Shown here: positions 41,396 to 50,741 of the stretch, piece by piece
Layout of the letters: the number at the start of each line of letters is the position of its first letter
Position numbering within the stretch: the stretch's first letter is position 1
Assembly (NCBI GenBank): GCA_963664825.1
Contig: OY761614.1
Location: forward strand, 576,001 to 640,000
Source of the DNA: an uncultured Holophaga sp.
GTDB lineage: Bacteria > Acidobacteriota > Holophagae > Holophagales > Holophagaceae
Reading direction: 5' to 3'
Length of the DNA: 64,000 nt
Made by a program: the position numbers and the translations under genes
Notes under the pieces: model-generated
What the model was told of the DNA's origin: nothing
Database searches by the model: none
What the model saw: only the letters and a program-made list of their open reading frames with translations

Positions 41396-42661
41396 TTATA
41401 ATCGGTCGATCGGCAGGAAATTCTTAAGAAATGAACAAGTTCTTCCCAGTGCCCCCCGGAGGGACTCCGGCAGATTGGGTTCCTCTTCCCTGAAACCAGG
41501 CCGCAGCGGGGCCCCGGAGAGGGAGCGCCCCAGGGCCTCGGCCAGGGCTTCCCGGGCAACCACCCGCAGGAGCCCCGCCCCCTGAAGGGGGTCTACTAGG
41601 TCCCTGAAATTCTCGAAACCGGGGCCGATGAGTGTGGGCAGTCCCCAGCGCACAGGTTCCAGGGGGTTGTGCCCGCCCTGGCCGGTCCAGCCGCCCCCCA
41701 CCAGAGCCACCGTCCCTTCCCGATAGGCCAGGGGCAGTTCCCCCAGGGTATCCAGCAGCAGCACATCGACCTCGGACCAGGCCGTCACCGATTGGGGCCA
41801 GAGGCCGGAGGCCCTGTGAAAGCGCAGGCCCTCTGTGGCAAGCGTGGCAGCCACCTCCGGGAAGCGGCGCGGTTGGCGGGGCGCCAGGATCAGGCGCAGA
41901 TCGGGCACGGATTTCCGGGCCCTTCGCCACTGTTCCAGGATCAGGGCCTCCTCGCCAGGCACCGTGTTCCCGGCCACCAGCATGGGAAAGGCCTTCCAGG
42001 CCTCCCGCAGGATCTCCCAGCTGGCATGGAGGGGCACGGGGCGGGGCAGGTCGGCCTTGAGATTGCCGCCCAGCTCCACCAGGGGTGCCCCCAGGACCCG
42101 GAAGCGGTCCAGGCTCTCGGGATCCCGGGCCGAGACCAGCGAGAGCCGGGAGGCCGCCCGGCGCATCCAGGGCCCCCCCCGCTCCAGGCTGCGCTCCGTG
42201 AGGCGCCCATTGACGATGATCCGCGGGATGCCCCGTGCCTCCAGCTCCCGCAGCAGATTGGGCCAGAGTTCGGTCTCCAGGGCGATGAAGAAGGCCGGGG
42301 GATGATGCAGGAAGGGCCTCATCCCCGCCGGATCATCCACGGGAAAAGCCCCACCGCTCACCCGACCTGAGCCCTGATCCCATCCGGGAAGTTTCTTGGC
42401 CACTAGCGCCAGGCCCGCAGGCGTGCCCGTCGTGACGTGGACGCGCAGCCCCTGGTCCCTCAACCAACCGATGAGGCCATCGGCCAGGATCAGTTCGCCG
42501 ACGCTCACCGCATGCACCCAGATCCAGTGCGGCGGGAGATCCTCGGGGGGCTCGGCCTCCAGGCGCAGCCTCCACCCATCGGGCAGACCCCGGCGCAGCG
42601 CCCGTGCCCCTGCCCCCAGGAGACTCACACCCATCACGTAGCTCAGATCGATCCAGTCCAT
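41396..42661 (-). CDS. waaA: 3-deoxy-D-manno-octulosonic acid (Kdo) transferase
   Basis: WVHAVSVGE, ETELWPN, GNLKAD, DTLGEL, GGHNPLEP. Confidence 0.92.
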   Translation of the reverse strand: MDWIDLSYVMGVSLLGAGARALRRGLPDGWRLRLEAEPPEDLPPHWIWVHAVSVGELILADGLIGWLRDQGLRVHVTTGTPAGLALVAKKLPGWDQGSGRVSGGAFPVDDPAGMRPFLHHPPAFFIALETELWPNLLRELEARGIPRIIVNGRLTERSLERGGPWMRRAASRLSLVSARDPESLDRFRVLGAPLVELGGNLKADLPRPVPLHASWEILREAWKAFPMLVAGNTVPGEEALILEQWRRARKSVPDLRLILAPRQPRRFPEVAATLATEGLRFHRASGLWPQSVTAWSEVDVLLLDTLGELPLAYREGTVALVGGGWTGQGGHNPLEPVRWGLPTLIGPGFENFRDLVDPLQGAGLLRVVAREALAEALGRSLSGAPLRPGFREEEPNLPESLRGALGRTCSFLKNFLPIDRL

Positions 42662-42694
42662 GCCAACAGCCTCCCACAACGGCATCATGTTGGG

Positions 42695-43699
42695 ATGGTC
42701 AAAGCGTCCCGAGCCCCCCTTCAAGTCCTCCTGGTCACCGGCCCCCTGGGGGCGGGCAAGACCACGGTGGTCAACCGCCTGTTGAAGCGCGAGATCGCCG
42801 AAGGACGCCGGGTCTCGGTACTCCTCAACGAATTCGGATCGGTGAGCGTGGATGGCGCCCTGGTGGAAGCGGAGCGCCCGGAGTTGGCGGGCATCGCCAA
42901 TCTCGTGAACGGATGCGCCTGTTGCAGCCTGCGGGGGGATGTGGTGGCGACCCTGGCCACCTGGTGCGATCTGCCCGAGGAAGACCGCCCCGAGCGGGTG
43001 GTGCTAGAGACCACGGGCCTGGCCGACCCCACGGACCTGGTGGATCTGGGCACAGAGGCCCGGCTTCTGGGCAGGGTTCAGATCAGCGGGTGCCTCACGA
43101 TCGTCTCCTGCCTCACGCCCCTTCCACACCTGAGGCAGCGGGAACTGCTCCAGCGCCAGCTGGCCCTGGCCAACCTGATCTACGTGAGCAAGGCCGATCT
43201 GGATCCCAGCCTGGCCATGGCCTGGGAGAGCGAAATCCGCACCCGCTTCAGGGGTGCCACCCTCGTGCAGTCGCGCCTGGGGAAAGCCCCGGAGGGCAGC
43301 CCGGATCCCTGGTGCGGCGATCCCATGCCCCTCCCCGAAGAGCGGTCCCCCCTGCCCCGCCATGCTTTCGCCGATGCCCGTGTCCTGAGCCTTCCCTTGA
43401 ATCATCCCGTCTCCCCGGAGGCCATGGAGGAGCTCTTCCTCCGTGCGCCCGCACCGGGAGAACTCCTGAGGGCCAAAGGGATTGTTTCTTTTGAGGGCTG
43501 GCCCCCCAGGGAGGACGGCAGCGACCGCTGGGCCTTCCAGCTGGCGGATGGCCGCCTGGAGATCCTGCCCCTGCCCCCCCAGGCCGATGGAAGCCCCGTG
43601 CCCCGGATGGCCGTCGTGATCGGCCGGGGCCTCGATCTGCCGACCTGGAGGACGTCCCTGGGGCAACTGGAGCGCCCCGTTGAATTCCGAAGTCTGTAA
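42695..43699 (+). CDS. CobW/COG0523 family G3E GTPase metallochaperone
   Basis: GPLGAGKT, NEFG, GCACC, ETTGLADP, SKAD, RAKG. Confidence 0.92.
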   Translation: MVKASRAPLQVLLVTGPLGAGKTTVVNRLLKREIAEGRRVSVLLNEFGSVSVDGALVEAERPELAGIANLVNGCACCSLRGDVVATLATWCDLPEEDRPERVVLETTGLADPTDLVDLGTEARLLGRVQISGCLTIVSCLTPLPHLRQRELLQRQLALANLIYVSKADLDPSLAMAWESEIRTRFRGATLVQSRLGKAPEGSPDPWCGDPMPLPEERSPLPRHAFADARVLSLPLNHPVSPEAMEELFLRAPAPGELLRAKGIVSFEGWPPREDGSDRWAFQLADGRLEILPLPPQADGSPVPRMAVVIGRGLDLPTWRTSLGQLERPVEFRSL

Positions 43700-43720
43700 C
43701 CAACCCCGAGGCCCCCGGTA
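43695..43720 (+). promoter_or_regulatory. Putative ECF-sigma promoter, copy 1
   Basis: TGTAACC-N14-CGGTA directly upstream of the ECF gene; repeated at 45023. Confidence 0.6.
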
Positions 43721-43741
43721 ATCCATTACAAGGAGCACCTC

Positions 43742-44320
43742 TTGGAAGAGCTGGACGATGCCGAGCTGATGGCGCGGGTCCGCGCCGGTCAGGCGGAACC
43801 CCTGGCCCTGCTCTTCGAACGCCATCACAGACCCCTCTACGGCTTTCTCTACCGGATGACGGGGCACACCGCCACCAGCGAGGATCTGGTGCAGGAGGTC
43901 TTCCTGCGGGTGCTGCGCTACGCCAGCAGCTTCAAGGTCGGCGCGCCCTTCCGCCCCTGGTTCTATCGCATCGCCCGCAATGTCCTGGCCGATCACGGTT
44001 CCCGATTCCGGCAGGAGGTGCCCCTGGAGCCTCACGCCACCGGCCTCTGCGCCAGCGAACCCTCCGCCCATGCCCGCCTGGAGACCGCCCAGGAACAGGA
44101 CCGATTGACCCAGGCCTTGGCGCAACTGCCTGTGGAGAAGCGCGAATTGCTGCTGCTTTCCCGGGATCCGGATCTGAGCTGCGGCGACCTGGCCGAACTC
44201 TATGGGTGCAGCCCAGGGGCACTGAAGGTGCGGGTGCACCGGGCCCTCCGGGAACTGCGCGCCCACTTCCTCGAGGACCATGCCACCCCTGAAGCCGAAA
44301 CCCTTGTGGAGGTGCCGTGA
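43742..44320 (+). CDS. ECF RNA polymerase sigma factor
   Basis: SEDLVQEVF, WFYRIARN, LKVRVHRA; AAGGAG SD before TTG. Confidence 0.93.
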   Translation: MEELDDAELMARVRAGQAEPLALLFERHHRPLYGFLYRMTGHTATSEDLVQEVFLRVLRYASSFKVGAPFRPWFYRIARNVLADHGSRFRQEVPLEPHATGLCASEPSAHARLETAQEQDRLTQALAQLPVEKRELLLLSRDPDLSCGDLAELYGCSPGALKVRVHRALRELRAHFLEDHATPEAETLVEVP

Positions 44321-45027
44321 TGCCCTGCGAAGCCATCCAGGAGTTCCTTCTCGACGGTCTGAAAAGCCCCCTGCCCGAGGGCTTTGATACGCACCTGGAG
44401 ACCTGCGCGGAATGCCGGGAACTCTGGGATACATGGCAGGCCCTTGGCGAAGTCCCCTCCCCCGACCCGGGGCTCAGCGCCCGGTTCCGGAGCCGCCTCC
44501 TGCGAGAAGGCCCCCAGAAACCCGCCGTCCACCGGCTCACCGGCTGGGGCCTGCCCCTGGCCGCGACCTTCCTCATCCTGCTCGGCAGCGCCTTCGCCGC
44601 GGGCTATGCCTTGCGGGGGAAGCCCGAGCCTTCCACCCCTCAGCAGGCCGCCCTGGAAGGGTTGCGGCGAGGCAGTCCGACTGACCGGATGCAGGCCATC
44701 GCCCTCGTCACCTCCCCCAGGAGCGGCGATCCGGATCTGGTGGAAGCGCTGATGGAGCGCGTTACCAGGGACCCCAACCCGGAAGTGCGCCTCGCGGCGG
44801 TGGAGGCCCTGTACCTCTTCGGATCCGATCTCAGCCTCGGCCAACGGCTCGCGAAGGCCCTGCCCCACCAGGATTCCCCCCGTGTCCAACTGGCCCTGGT
44901 GGACCTTCTGGTGGCCCTGCGGGAGCGCCGCGCCTCTGAAGCCCTGCGGCGCCTGCTGCGGGAAGAGCGCCTCGGCCCAGACGTGCGCCGCCACGCCGAA
45001 TCCCGCCTGACCGAAGCGCGCTTGTAA
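44317..45027 (+). CDS. Anti-sigma factor: zinc finger (HxxxCxxC), TM, HEAT repeats
   Basis: HLETCAEC, TM helix, DPNPEVRLAAVEAL; GTGA overlap with sigma gene. Confidence 0.88.
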   Translation: MMPCEAIQEFLLDGLKSPLPEGFDTHLETCAECRELWDTWQALGEVPSPDPGLSARFRSRLLREGPQKPAVHRLTGWGLPLAATFLILLGSAFAAGYALRGKPEPSTPQQAALEGLRRGSPTDRMQAIALVTSPRSGDPDLVEALMERVTRDPNPEVRLAAVEALYLFGSDLSLGQRLAKALPHQDSPRVQLALVDLLVALRERRASEALRRLLREERLGPDVRRHAESRLTEARL

Positions 45028-45049
45028 CCCGCTCGGTTCCATCCCGGTA
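45023..45049 (+). promoter_or_regulatory. Putative ECF-sigma promoter, copy 2
   Basis: TGTAACC-N15-CGGTA, 30 nt upstream of ATG 45079. Confidence 0.6.
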
Positions 45050-45078
45050 TGCCCTTCTGAACGAAACTCGAGGTTCCC

Positions 45079-46467
45079 ATGAAGACCTTCCTCCAGCGCC
45101 TAGGCATCTGCATCGGCGGACTGCTCGTCCTATTTGTTCTCTTCCACCTGGTGGAGAACTGGCGGGGCAAGCGGGCCTGGACCCAGTGGAAGCAGGCCCG
45201 GGAAGCCCGCGGCGACAGCTACGACCTCGCCCGCCTCGCTCCCCCCCAGGTGCCGGATGGGGAGAACTTCGCCCGGGCCCCCTTCTTTGAAAAACTCGTG
45301 ACTCCAGATCCCCTGAACGCTGGCCCCAAGGAGCCGGTCCTGCCGACCTTCTTTTCCAAGACCGGTGTACTGGGAGATTGGCGGACGGGCCACAAGGCGG
45401 ACCTGGAAGGCCTCCAGAGGGAACTGAAGCTCAAGAGCCTGCAGGAGATCCTCGTGCCCTGGGAACCTGAACTGGCCGCCCTGACGGAAGCCGCCAAGCG
45501 TCCCCACTGCCGCCTGGAAAAGGACTACGCGGACGCTGACACCATCACGCCCCTCCTGGGGATGCGGTCGCGGGCCCGCATGCTCAGTTTCCGGGCCCTG
45601 GTCTCGCTCCGAGACAGGCAGCCTGACACGGCCATGGAGGATATCCTCACGGGCCTTCGTGTGGCGGCCCATCTGCAACAGGAACCCAAGCTCCTCAGCC
45701 AACTCCTGCGCGTGGCCTGGGTGAATATCCTGATGCAGCCCATCTGGGAGGGATTGCAGGAGCACCGCTGGAACCAGGCCCAGCTCGCGAAGCTCCAGGA
45801 GGCCTTGCGCCCCGTCGATCTCGTGGATTCCATGTCCCGGGCCTGGCACTTCGAGCACCTCCACATGACTAATGAATTCGAGAAGATGGCTAAGACTTCG
45901 CCTTGGACCCGGCTCGACAGGTTCGAGGAGGAAGAACAGAAGAGCCACCGCATGGGCCTCCGGCTTCGCAGCCTATGCTGTCCCAAGGGTTGGCTCTACC
46001 AGAACCTGCTCCGGGCCGACCTCTATTGGGCCGCCCAATTCCAGGACGTGTTCGACCCCCCGAGGCACCGCATCCTTGCCAGCGCCAGCAGGACCGCAAC
46101 GGCGGCCATCACAAAGATGCGTCGGATGCCCTACACCTTCCTGCTCGCCCAGACGGTGCCAGCCTTGTCGGGCCAGAACATCCGCGTGGCCCGTTCCCAA
46201 TCGGGCCTGGACATGGCGGTGATCGCCTGCGCCCTGGAGCGCTATCGCCTGGCGAAGGGCAGCTATCCCCAGATACTGGAAGCCCTGGTGCCCTCCTTCC
46301 TACCCAAGGCCCCTCGCGATGTGGTCGAGGGCCAGCCCCTGCGCTACGCGCCCCGAGGCCGGGAGGGCTACAGGCTCTATTCCCTGGGCTGGGATCTCAC
46401 AGACGAGGGCGGCCAGCCCACACCTAAGGATTCCCCAGACAAGGGCGACTGGGTCTGGAGCCGATAG
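45079..46467 (+). CDS. Membrane-anchored helical hypothetical protein
   Basis: N-terminal TM; C-terminal ALERYRLAKGSYP..LEALVP..L...P.D...LYSLGWD..DEGG, pseudopilin-G-like. Confidence 0.78.
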   Translation: MKTFLQRLGICIGGLLVLFVLFHLVENWRGKRAWTQWKQAREARGDSYDLARLAPPQVPDGENFARAPFFEKLVTPDPLNAGPKEPVLPTFFSKTGVLGDWRTGHKADLEGLQRELKLKSLQEILVPWEPELAALTEAAKRPHCRLEKDYADADTITPLLGMRSRARMLSFRALVSLRDRQPDTAMEDILTGLRVAAHLQQEPKLLSQLLRVAWVNILMQPIWEGLQEHRWNQAQLAKLQEALRPVDLVDSMSRAWHFEHLHMTNEFEKMAKTSPWTRLDRFEEEEQKSHRMGLRLRSLCCPKGWLYQNLLRADLYWAAQFQDVFDPPRHRILASASRTATAAITKMRRMPYTFLLAQTVPALSGQNIRVARSQSGLDMAVIACALERYRLAKGSYPQILEALVPSFLPKAPRDVVEGQPLRYAPRGREGYRLYSLGWDLTDEGGQPTPKDSPDKGDWVWSR

Positions 46468-46494
46468 ATCGCAGAAATCGAACCCCCAGCCCCT

Positions 46495-47955
46495 TCATTC
46501 CGGGGCTGGGGTCGGAGAGTTCGGCGCCGCAAGTAACTGATATAGTTCCAGGTAGCGCTTGGCGGAGGCACGCCAGCTGAAGTCCTGCTTCATGGCATTC
46601 TGCTGGACCCGGGCCCAATCCTTGGGGTGGCGGGCGTAGCGTTCGCAGGCGCGGCTGAGGGTCTCCCCCAGCGCCAGGGCCTCCACGGGGTCGAAGACGA
46701 ATCCCGTGGCTGTGCCCCCTGCGAGCGTAACCTCTGTCGTATCCACCACCGTATCGGCCAGGCCTCCCGTGCGGCGCACCACGGGCAGGGCCCCGTATCG
46801 AAGGGCATAGAGCTGGGTGAGGCCGCAGGGTTCGAAGCGGCTGGGCACCAGCAGGGCGTCGGCTCCGGCCAGGAAACGGTGGGCCAGGGCCTCGTCATAG
46901 CCGATCCGCACGGCCACCTGGCCCTGGTGGCGGCGGGCCGCAGCCTTGAAACCCTGTTCCAGCAGGGGATCCCCCGAACCGAGAAGAGCCAGCTGGGCCC
47001 CCAGGGAAACCAAGTGCTCGACATTGGCCAGCACCAGATCCAGGCCCTTCTGGGTGACGAGGCGGCTCAGCACGGCAAAGAGCGGGGCCCGCGCCTCCTC
47101 CGATAGATGCAGTTCCCGCTGGAGCAGGTTCTTGCAGATCTTCTTGCCCGAAGGATGGAGGGCATCGTAGTGCGAGGCCAGATGGGGGCTGGTGGAGGGA
47201 CTCCAGACCCGGCCATCGACGCCATTGAGGATCCCCACCAGATCCTGCCGACGGTGGGTGAGGAGCCCGTCCAGCCTCTCCCCGAAGGCAGGCTCCTGGA
47301 TCTCCTGGGCGTAGGTGGGGCTCACGGTGGTGATGCGATCGGCGAAGTGGAGCCCCCCCTTCAGGAAGCTGAGATCGCCGTAGAACTCCGCTCCTTCCAT
47401 CTGGAAGGCCTCCGGCGGCAGCCAGAGCCCTTCCAGAACCTCCCTGCCGTAGATGCCCTGGTAGGCCAGATTGTGGACCGTCATCACCGTGGCGGGGCGA
47501 TCCCCCCCCCACAGGGCCAGGTAGGCCGGAGCCAGGGCCGTCTGCCAATCGTGGCAGTGGAGGATGCGCGGCCTCCAGCCATGGCCATCGCCATGCTGGG
47601 CGAGCCAGGCGGCCCCAAAGGAGAGGGCGCCGAAGCGCAGGCAGCTATCGCCGGTCTCCTCGTAGGGTCCCCCGGGACGGTCGAAGAGGGAGGGCGCGTC
47701 CAACAGGTAGAGGGGCACACCCGATGGCGTCCGGGCCAGCAGGAAGCGCGCGGGCCCCGAGCCGAGAAGATCCTCCAGCCTCCCCACCGGCTCGGCCTCC
47801 GGGAAGGCCTGTTTCAGCGCGGGATAGGCCGGCAGGAGCATCCGGGCCCGCACGCCGATCGCCCGCTGGGCCTCAGGCAGGGCGGCCAGGACGTCGCCCA
47901 GGCCTCCCACCTTCACCCAGGGGTAGAGTTCCGAAGCCACATGGAGGACTCGCAT
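46495..47955 (-). CDS. glgA: Glycogen synthase
   Basis: KVGGLGDV, HCHDWQ, PSRFEPCGLTQ. Confidence 0.97.
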   Translation of the reverse strand: MRVLHVASELYPWVKVGGLGDVLAALPEAQRAIGVRARMLLPAYPALKQAFPEAEPVGRLEDLLGSGPARFLLARTPSGVPLYLLDAPSLFDRPGGPYEETGDSCLRFGALSFGAAWLAQHGDGHGWRPRILHCHDWQTALAPAYLALWGGDRPATVMTVHNLAYQGIYGREVLEGLWLPPEAFQMEGAEFYGDLSFLKGGLHFADRITTVSPTYAQEIQEPAFGERLDGLLTHRRQDLVGILNGVDGRVWSPSTSPHLASHYDALHPSGKKICKNLLQRELHLSEEARAPLFAVLSRLVTQKGLDLVLANVEHLVSLGAQLALLGSGDPLLEQGFKAAARRHQGQVAVRIGYDEALAHRFLAGADALLVPSRFEPCGLTQLYALRYGALPVVRRTGGLADTVVDTTEVTLAGGTATGFVFDPVEALALGETLSRACERYARHPKDWARVQQNAMKQDFSWRASAKRYLELYQLLAAPNSPTPAPE

Positions 47956-47960
47956 CGGAC

Positions 47961-49226
47961 CTAGGATACCAAGCGATCCAGCATGCGCTGGGAGACCAGG
48001 GTGATGCCGCTGGGCGTGCGGTAGAAGCGCTCCGCATCGGCCTTGGGATCATCTCCCACCACTAGGCCCGGAGGGATCTGGGTGCCCCGGGTAACCACCG
48101 CCCGCCGCAGCCGGGCATGGCCGCCAATATTGGCGTGGGGCAGCACCACTGTCTCCTGGATATGGGCATGGGAATGGACCCGCACCCGGGAGAAGAGGAG
48201 TGATTGATACACCGTGGCGCCGGACACGATGCAGCCGTCGCCGAGCACGCTGCTGATGGCCAGGCCATTCCGGTGGGGCCCGCTGTGGACGAACTTGGCG
48301 CCGGGCAGCTGCTCCTGATGAGTGAAGATCGGCCAATCGTCGTCGTAGAGGTTCAAGGCGGGATCCACGTAGGTGAGGTCCATATTGGCTTCCCAGTAGG
48401 CGTCCACGGTCCCCACATCCCGCCAGTAGGGCGGCTTGTCCAGATTGGGGATGCAGCTCTTCTCGAAGGAATGGGCGCATACCCTGGCCTTGTCCAGCAG
48501 ATAGGGGATCAGATCCCGGCCGAAATCATGGGTGGACAGCGGGTCCTCCGCATCCCGTATCAGTTCACGGAAGAGGAAGTCCGCCTTGAAGAGGTAGATG
48601 CCCATGGAGGCCAGGCAGACGCCGGGTTTTCCGGGAATGCAGGGAGGCTCTTCGGCCTTCTCCACGAAATCCACGATCCGCCCGGCCTCGTCCACCTGGG
48701 CCACGCCGAAGGCCTTGGCGTATTTCTGGGGCACTTCCAGGCAGGCCACGGTCAGATCCGCGTCCATCCGGAGGTGATCCTCCAGGAAGATCCGGTAGTC
48801 CATCTTGTAGATATGATCCCCCGCCAGGATCAGCACGTTTTCGGGGTCGTGGGCCCGGATATTGGGGATGTTCTGGTAGACGGCATCCGCCGTGCCGCTG
48901 TACCACACCTCCCGCTCGTTGTTCTGCTGGGCGGGAAGGGGATGGACGAACTCGTCCAGGATGGTGGAGAGGAAGGACCACCCGTACTGCAGATGCTCCA
49001 GCAGGGGATGGGAATTGTACTGGGTGAGCACCATGATCCGACGAAAGGCCGAATTCACGCAGTTCGACAGGGCGAAATCGATGATCCGATACTTGCCGCC
49101 GAAGTCGAGGCCGGGCTTGGACAGCTCTCGGGTGAGATCCATGAGCCTGGATCCCCTGCCTCCCGCCAGGATCACGGAGATCGTGCGCTTGGGAGCAAAG
49201 TAGATATCCCGTGCCGAAAGCTGCAT
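47961..49226 (-). CDS. glgC: Glucose-1-phosphate adenylyltransferase
   Basis: LAGGRGSRL, FGGKYRIIDF, GTADAV, GDHIYKMDY, YWRDVGT. Confidence 0.97.
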   Translation of the reverse strand: MQLSARDIYFAPKRTISVILAGGRGSRLMDLTRELSKPGLDFGGKYRIIDFALSNCVNSAFRRIMVLTQYNSHPLLEHLQYGWSFLSTILDEFVHPLPAQQNNEREVWYSGTADAVYQNIPNIRAHDPENVLILAGDHIYKMDYRIFLEDHLRMDADLTVACLEVPQKYAKAFGVAQVDEAGRIVDFVEKAEEPPCIPGKPGVCLASMGIYLFKADFLFRELIRDAEDPLSTHDFGRDLIPYLLDKARVCAHSFEKSCIPNLDKPPYWRDVGTVDAYWEANMDLTYVDPALNLYDDDWPIFTHQEQLPGAKFVHSGPHRNGLAISSVLGDGCIVSGATVYQSLLFSRVRVHSHAHIQETVVLPHANIGGHARLRRAVVTRGTQIPPGLVVGDDPKADAERFYRTPSGITLVSQRMLDRLVS

Positions 49227-49461
49227 GAACACTCCTAGCCGGGCCGTCGGCAGCCGCCAACAAACCTCCGGCCTTTCATACAAAAGTCATCGAGCAGGTC
49301 CATCCTGAACATTAATTTTCACATGCAGTTGCATAATTATTCATATCTTAGTCCCCACGAGATCCAGGAGGCCCCTGGAGACGAGCTCCCGCGCTCCTTT
49401 CGTCCGAAGCGTGGCCCCCGTCTGCCGGTAGGATGGACAGGTTCCTTCCTCTTGGATTTCC

Positions 49462-50592
49462 ATGCGCTTCCTCCATACCTCCGACTGGCACCTGGGCAAG
49501 ACCCTCTGCAATGCGAACCTGCTGGAGGACCAGGCGCACGCCCTGGAACAGGCCATCGCCATGATCAAGGACACCAAGCCCCAGGCCTTGGTCATCGCCG
49601 GGGACGTCTACGACCGCGCGGTGCCACCCAAGGAGGCCGTGGCGCTCCTGGACGAATTCCTGAGGCGGGTCGTGGGCGATCTCCGGGTGCCGGTCCTGAT
49701 GATCGCGGGAAACCATGACAGCCCCGAGCGCCTGGGCTTTGCCGCCGATTTCCTCGAGCCCCAGGGCCTTCACGTGGCGGGCCTCCTGGCTCCCGACCCC
49801 GCACCCGTGGTGATTGGCGAGGCCGCCTTCCACTTGATGCCCTACGCCGATCCCGCCGCCGCCCGGCACGCCTTCCAGGACGAGAACATCCGCACCCATC
49901 AGGATGTTCTCACGGCCCAACTCTCCCGGGCCTGGAGCCACCATCCCCAGAGCAAGCGCTTCATCGCCGTGAGCCATGCCTTCGTGGCTGGCGGTCTCTG
50001 TTCCGAATCCGAGCTGGGCCTGGATGTGGGTGGCAGCGGCGAAGTGGATCCCAGGCTCTTCGAACCCGCCGATTACACGGCCCTGGGCCATCTCCACCGC
50101 CCCCAGGACGCGGGATTCCCCCATGTCCGCTACGCGGGCAGCCTGCTCAAGTATTCCGCCTCCGAGGCCAGCCACCTGAAGGCCATCACCCTGGTGGAGC
50201 TGCCCACCCAGGGCAAGGCCCGCACCGAGCCCCTGCCCTTCACGCCCCGGCGGGATCTCCGCAAGCTCCGGGGCGCCTTCGAGGATCTGCTGCGGGAGCC
50301 CACGGAAAGCCGGGAGGACTACCTGTTCGTGGAACTCACCGACGGAGGCCCCGTCCTGGACGCCATGGCCCGCCTGCGACGGATCTATCCCAATATTCTG
50401 GGCATCCAGACGGGCTCCGAGCGCGCCTCCGAGGACCTCTCCCCCCTGCGCTCAGATCCCCGCAACCTCGACCCCGAGAGCCTCTTCCAGACCTTCATCC
50501 AGGAGAGCACGGGCCAGGAGCTCAACGAGGAGGAGATGGCCATCTTCCGCGAAGTGGCAGGAAAAGCGCTGCTGACAGGAGACCGGCCGTGA
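49462..50592 (+). CDS. sbcD: Nuclease SbcCD subunit D
   Basis: HTSDWHLG, AGDVYD, GNHD, LGHLH. Confidence 0.95.
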   Translation: MRFLHTSDWHLGKTLCNANLLEDQAHALEQAIAMIKDTKPQALVIAGDVYDRAVPPKEAVALLDEFLRRVVGDLRVPVLMIAGNHDSPERLGFAADFLEPQGLHVAGLLAPDPAPVVIGEAAFHLMPYADPAAARHAFQDENIRTHQDVLTAQLSRAWSHHPQSKRFIAVSHAFVAGGLCSESELGLDVGGSGEVDPRLFEPADYTALGHLHRPQDAGFPHVRYAGSLLKYSASEASHLKAITLVELPTQGKARTEPLPFTPRRDLRKLRGAFEDLLREPTESREDYLFVELTDGGPVLDAMARLRRIYPNILGIQTGSERASEDLSPLRSDPRNLDPESLFQTFIQESTGQELNEEEMAIFREVAGKALLTGDRP

Positions 50593-50741
50593 GCGCGAAG
50601 CAGGAGCAGAGCGCCACCGTGCGCAGCACGGCCCCGAAGGGGTGCCGCGCAGGGAGATGTCGCGTGAGCGCGAAGCAGGAGCGGAGCGCCACTTTGCCGA
50701 AGGCAAAGCCCGAAGGGCGCGGCACAGGATGTGCCGCGTGA
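50589..50741 (+). repeat. MIRU-like tandem intercistronic repeat (75+74 bp) bounded by GTGA, carrying a 50-codon mini-ORF
   Basis: GTGA at 50589, 50664 and 50738; first 29 nt of the two units 28/29 identical; GNA-triloop hairpins. Confidence 0.8.

Noticed and set aside
49310..49350. AT-rich patch with ATGCA-GT-TGCAT palindrome between glgC and sbcD
   Set aside because: Probably an ordinary divergent promoter region; single short palindrome with no assignable regulator
50642..50737. N-terminal extension of SbcC given by the ORF track
   Set aside because: It lies entirely in the repeat element; SbcC homology starts at GTG 50738
50589..50741. Mini CRISPR array (29-nt repeats about 75 bp apart)
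   Set aside because: Only two repeats, the intervening sequences are structurally homologous to each other, and there are no cas genes
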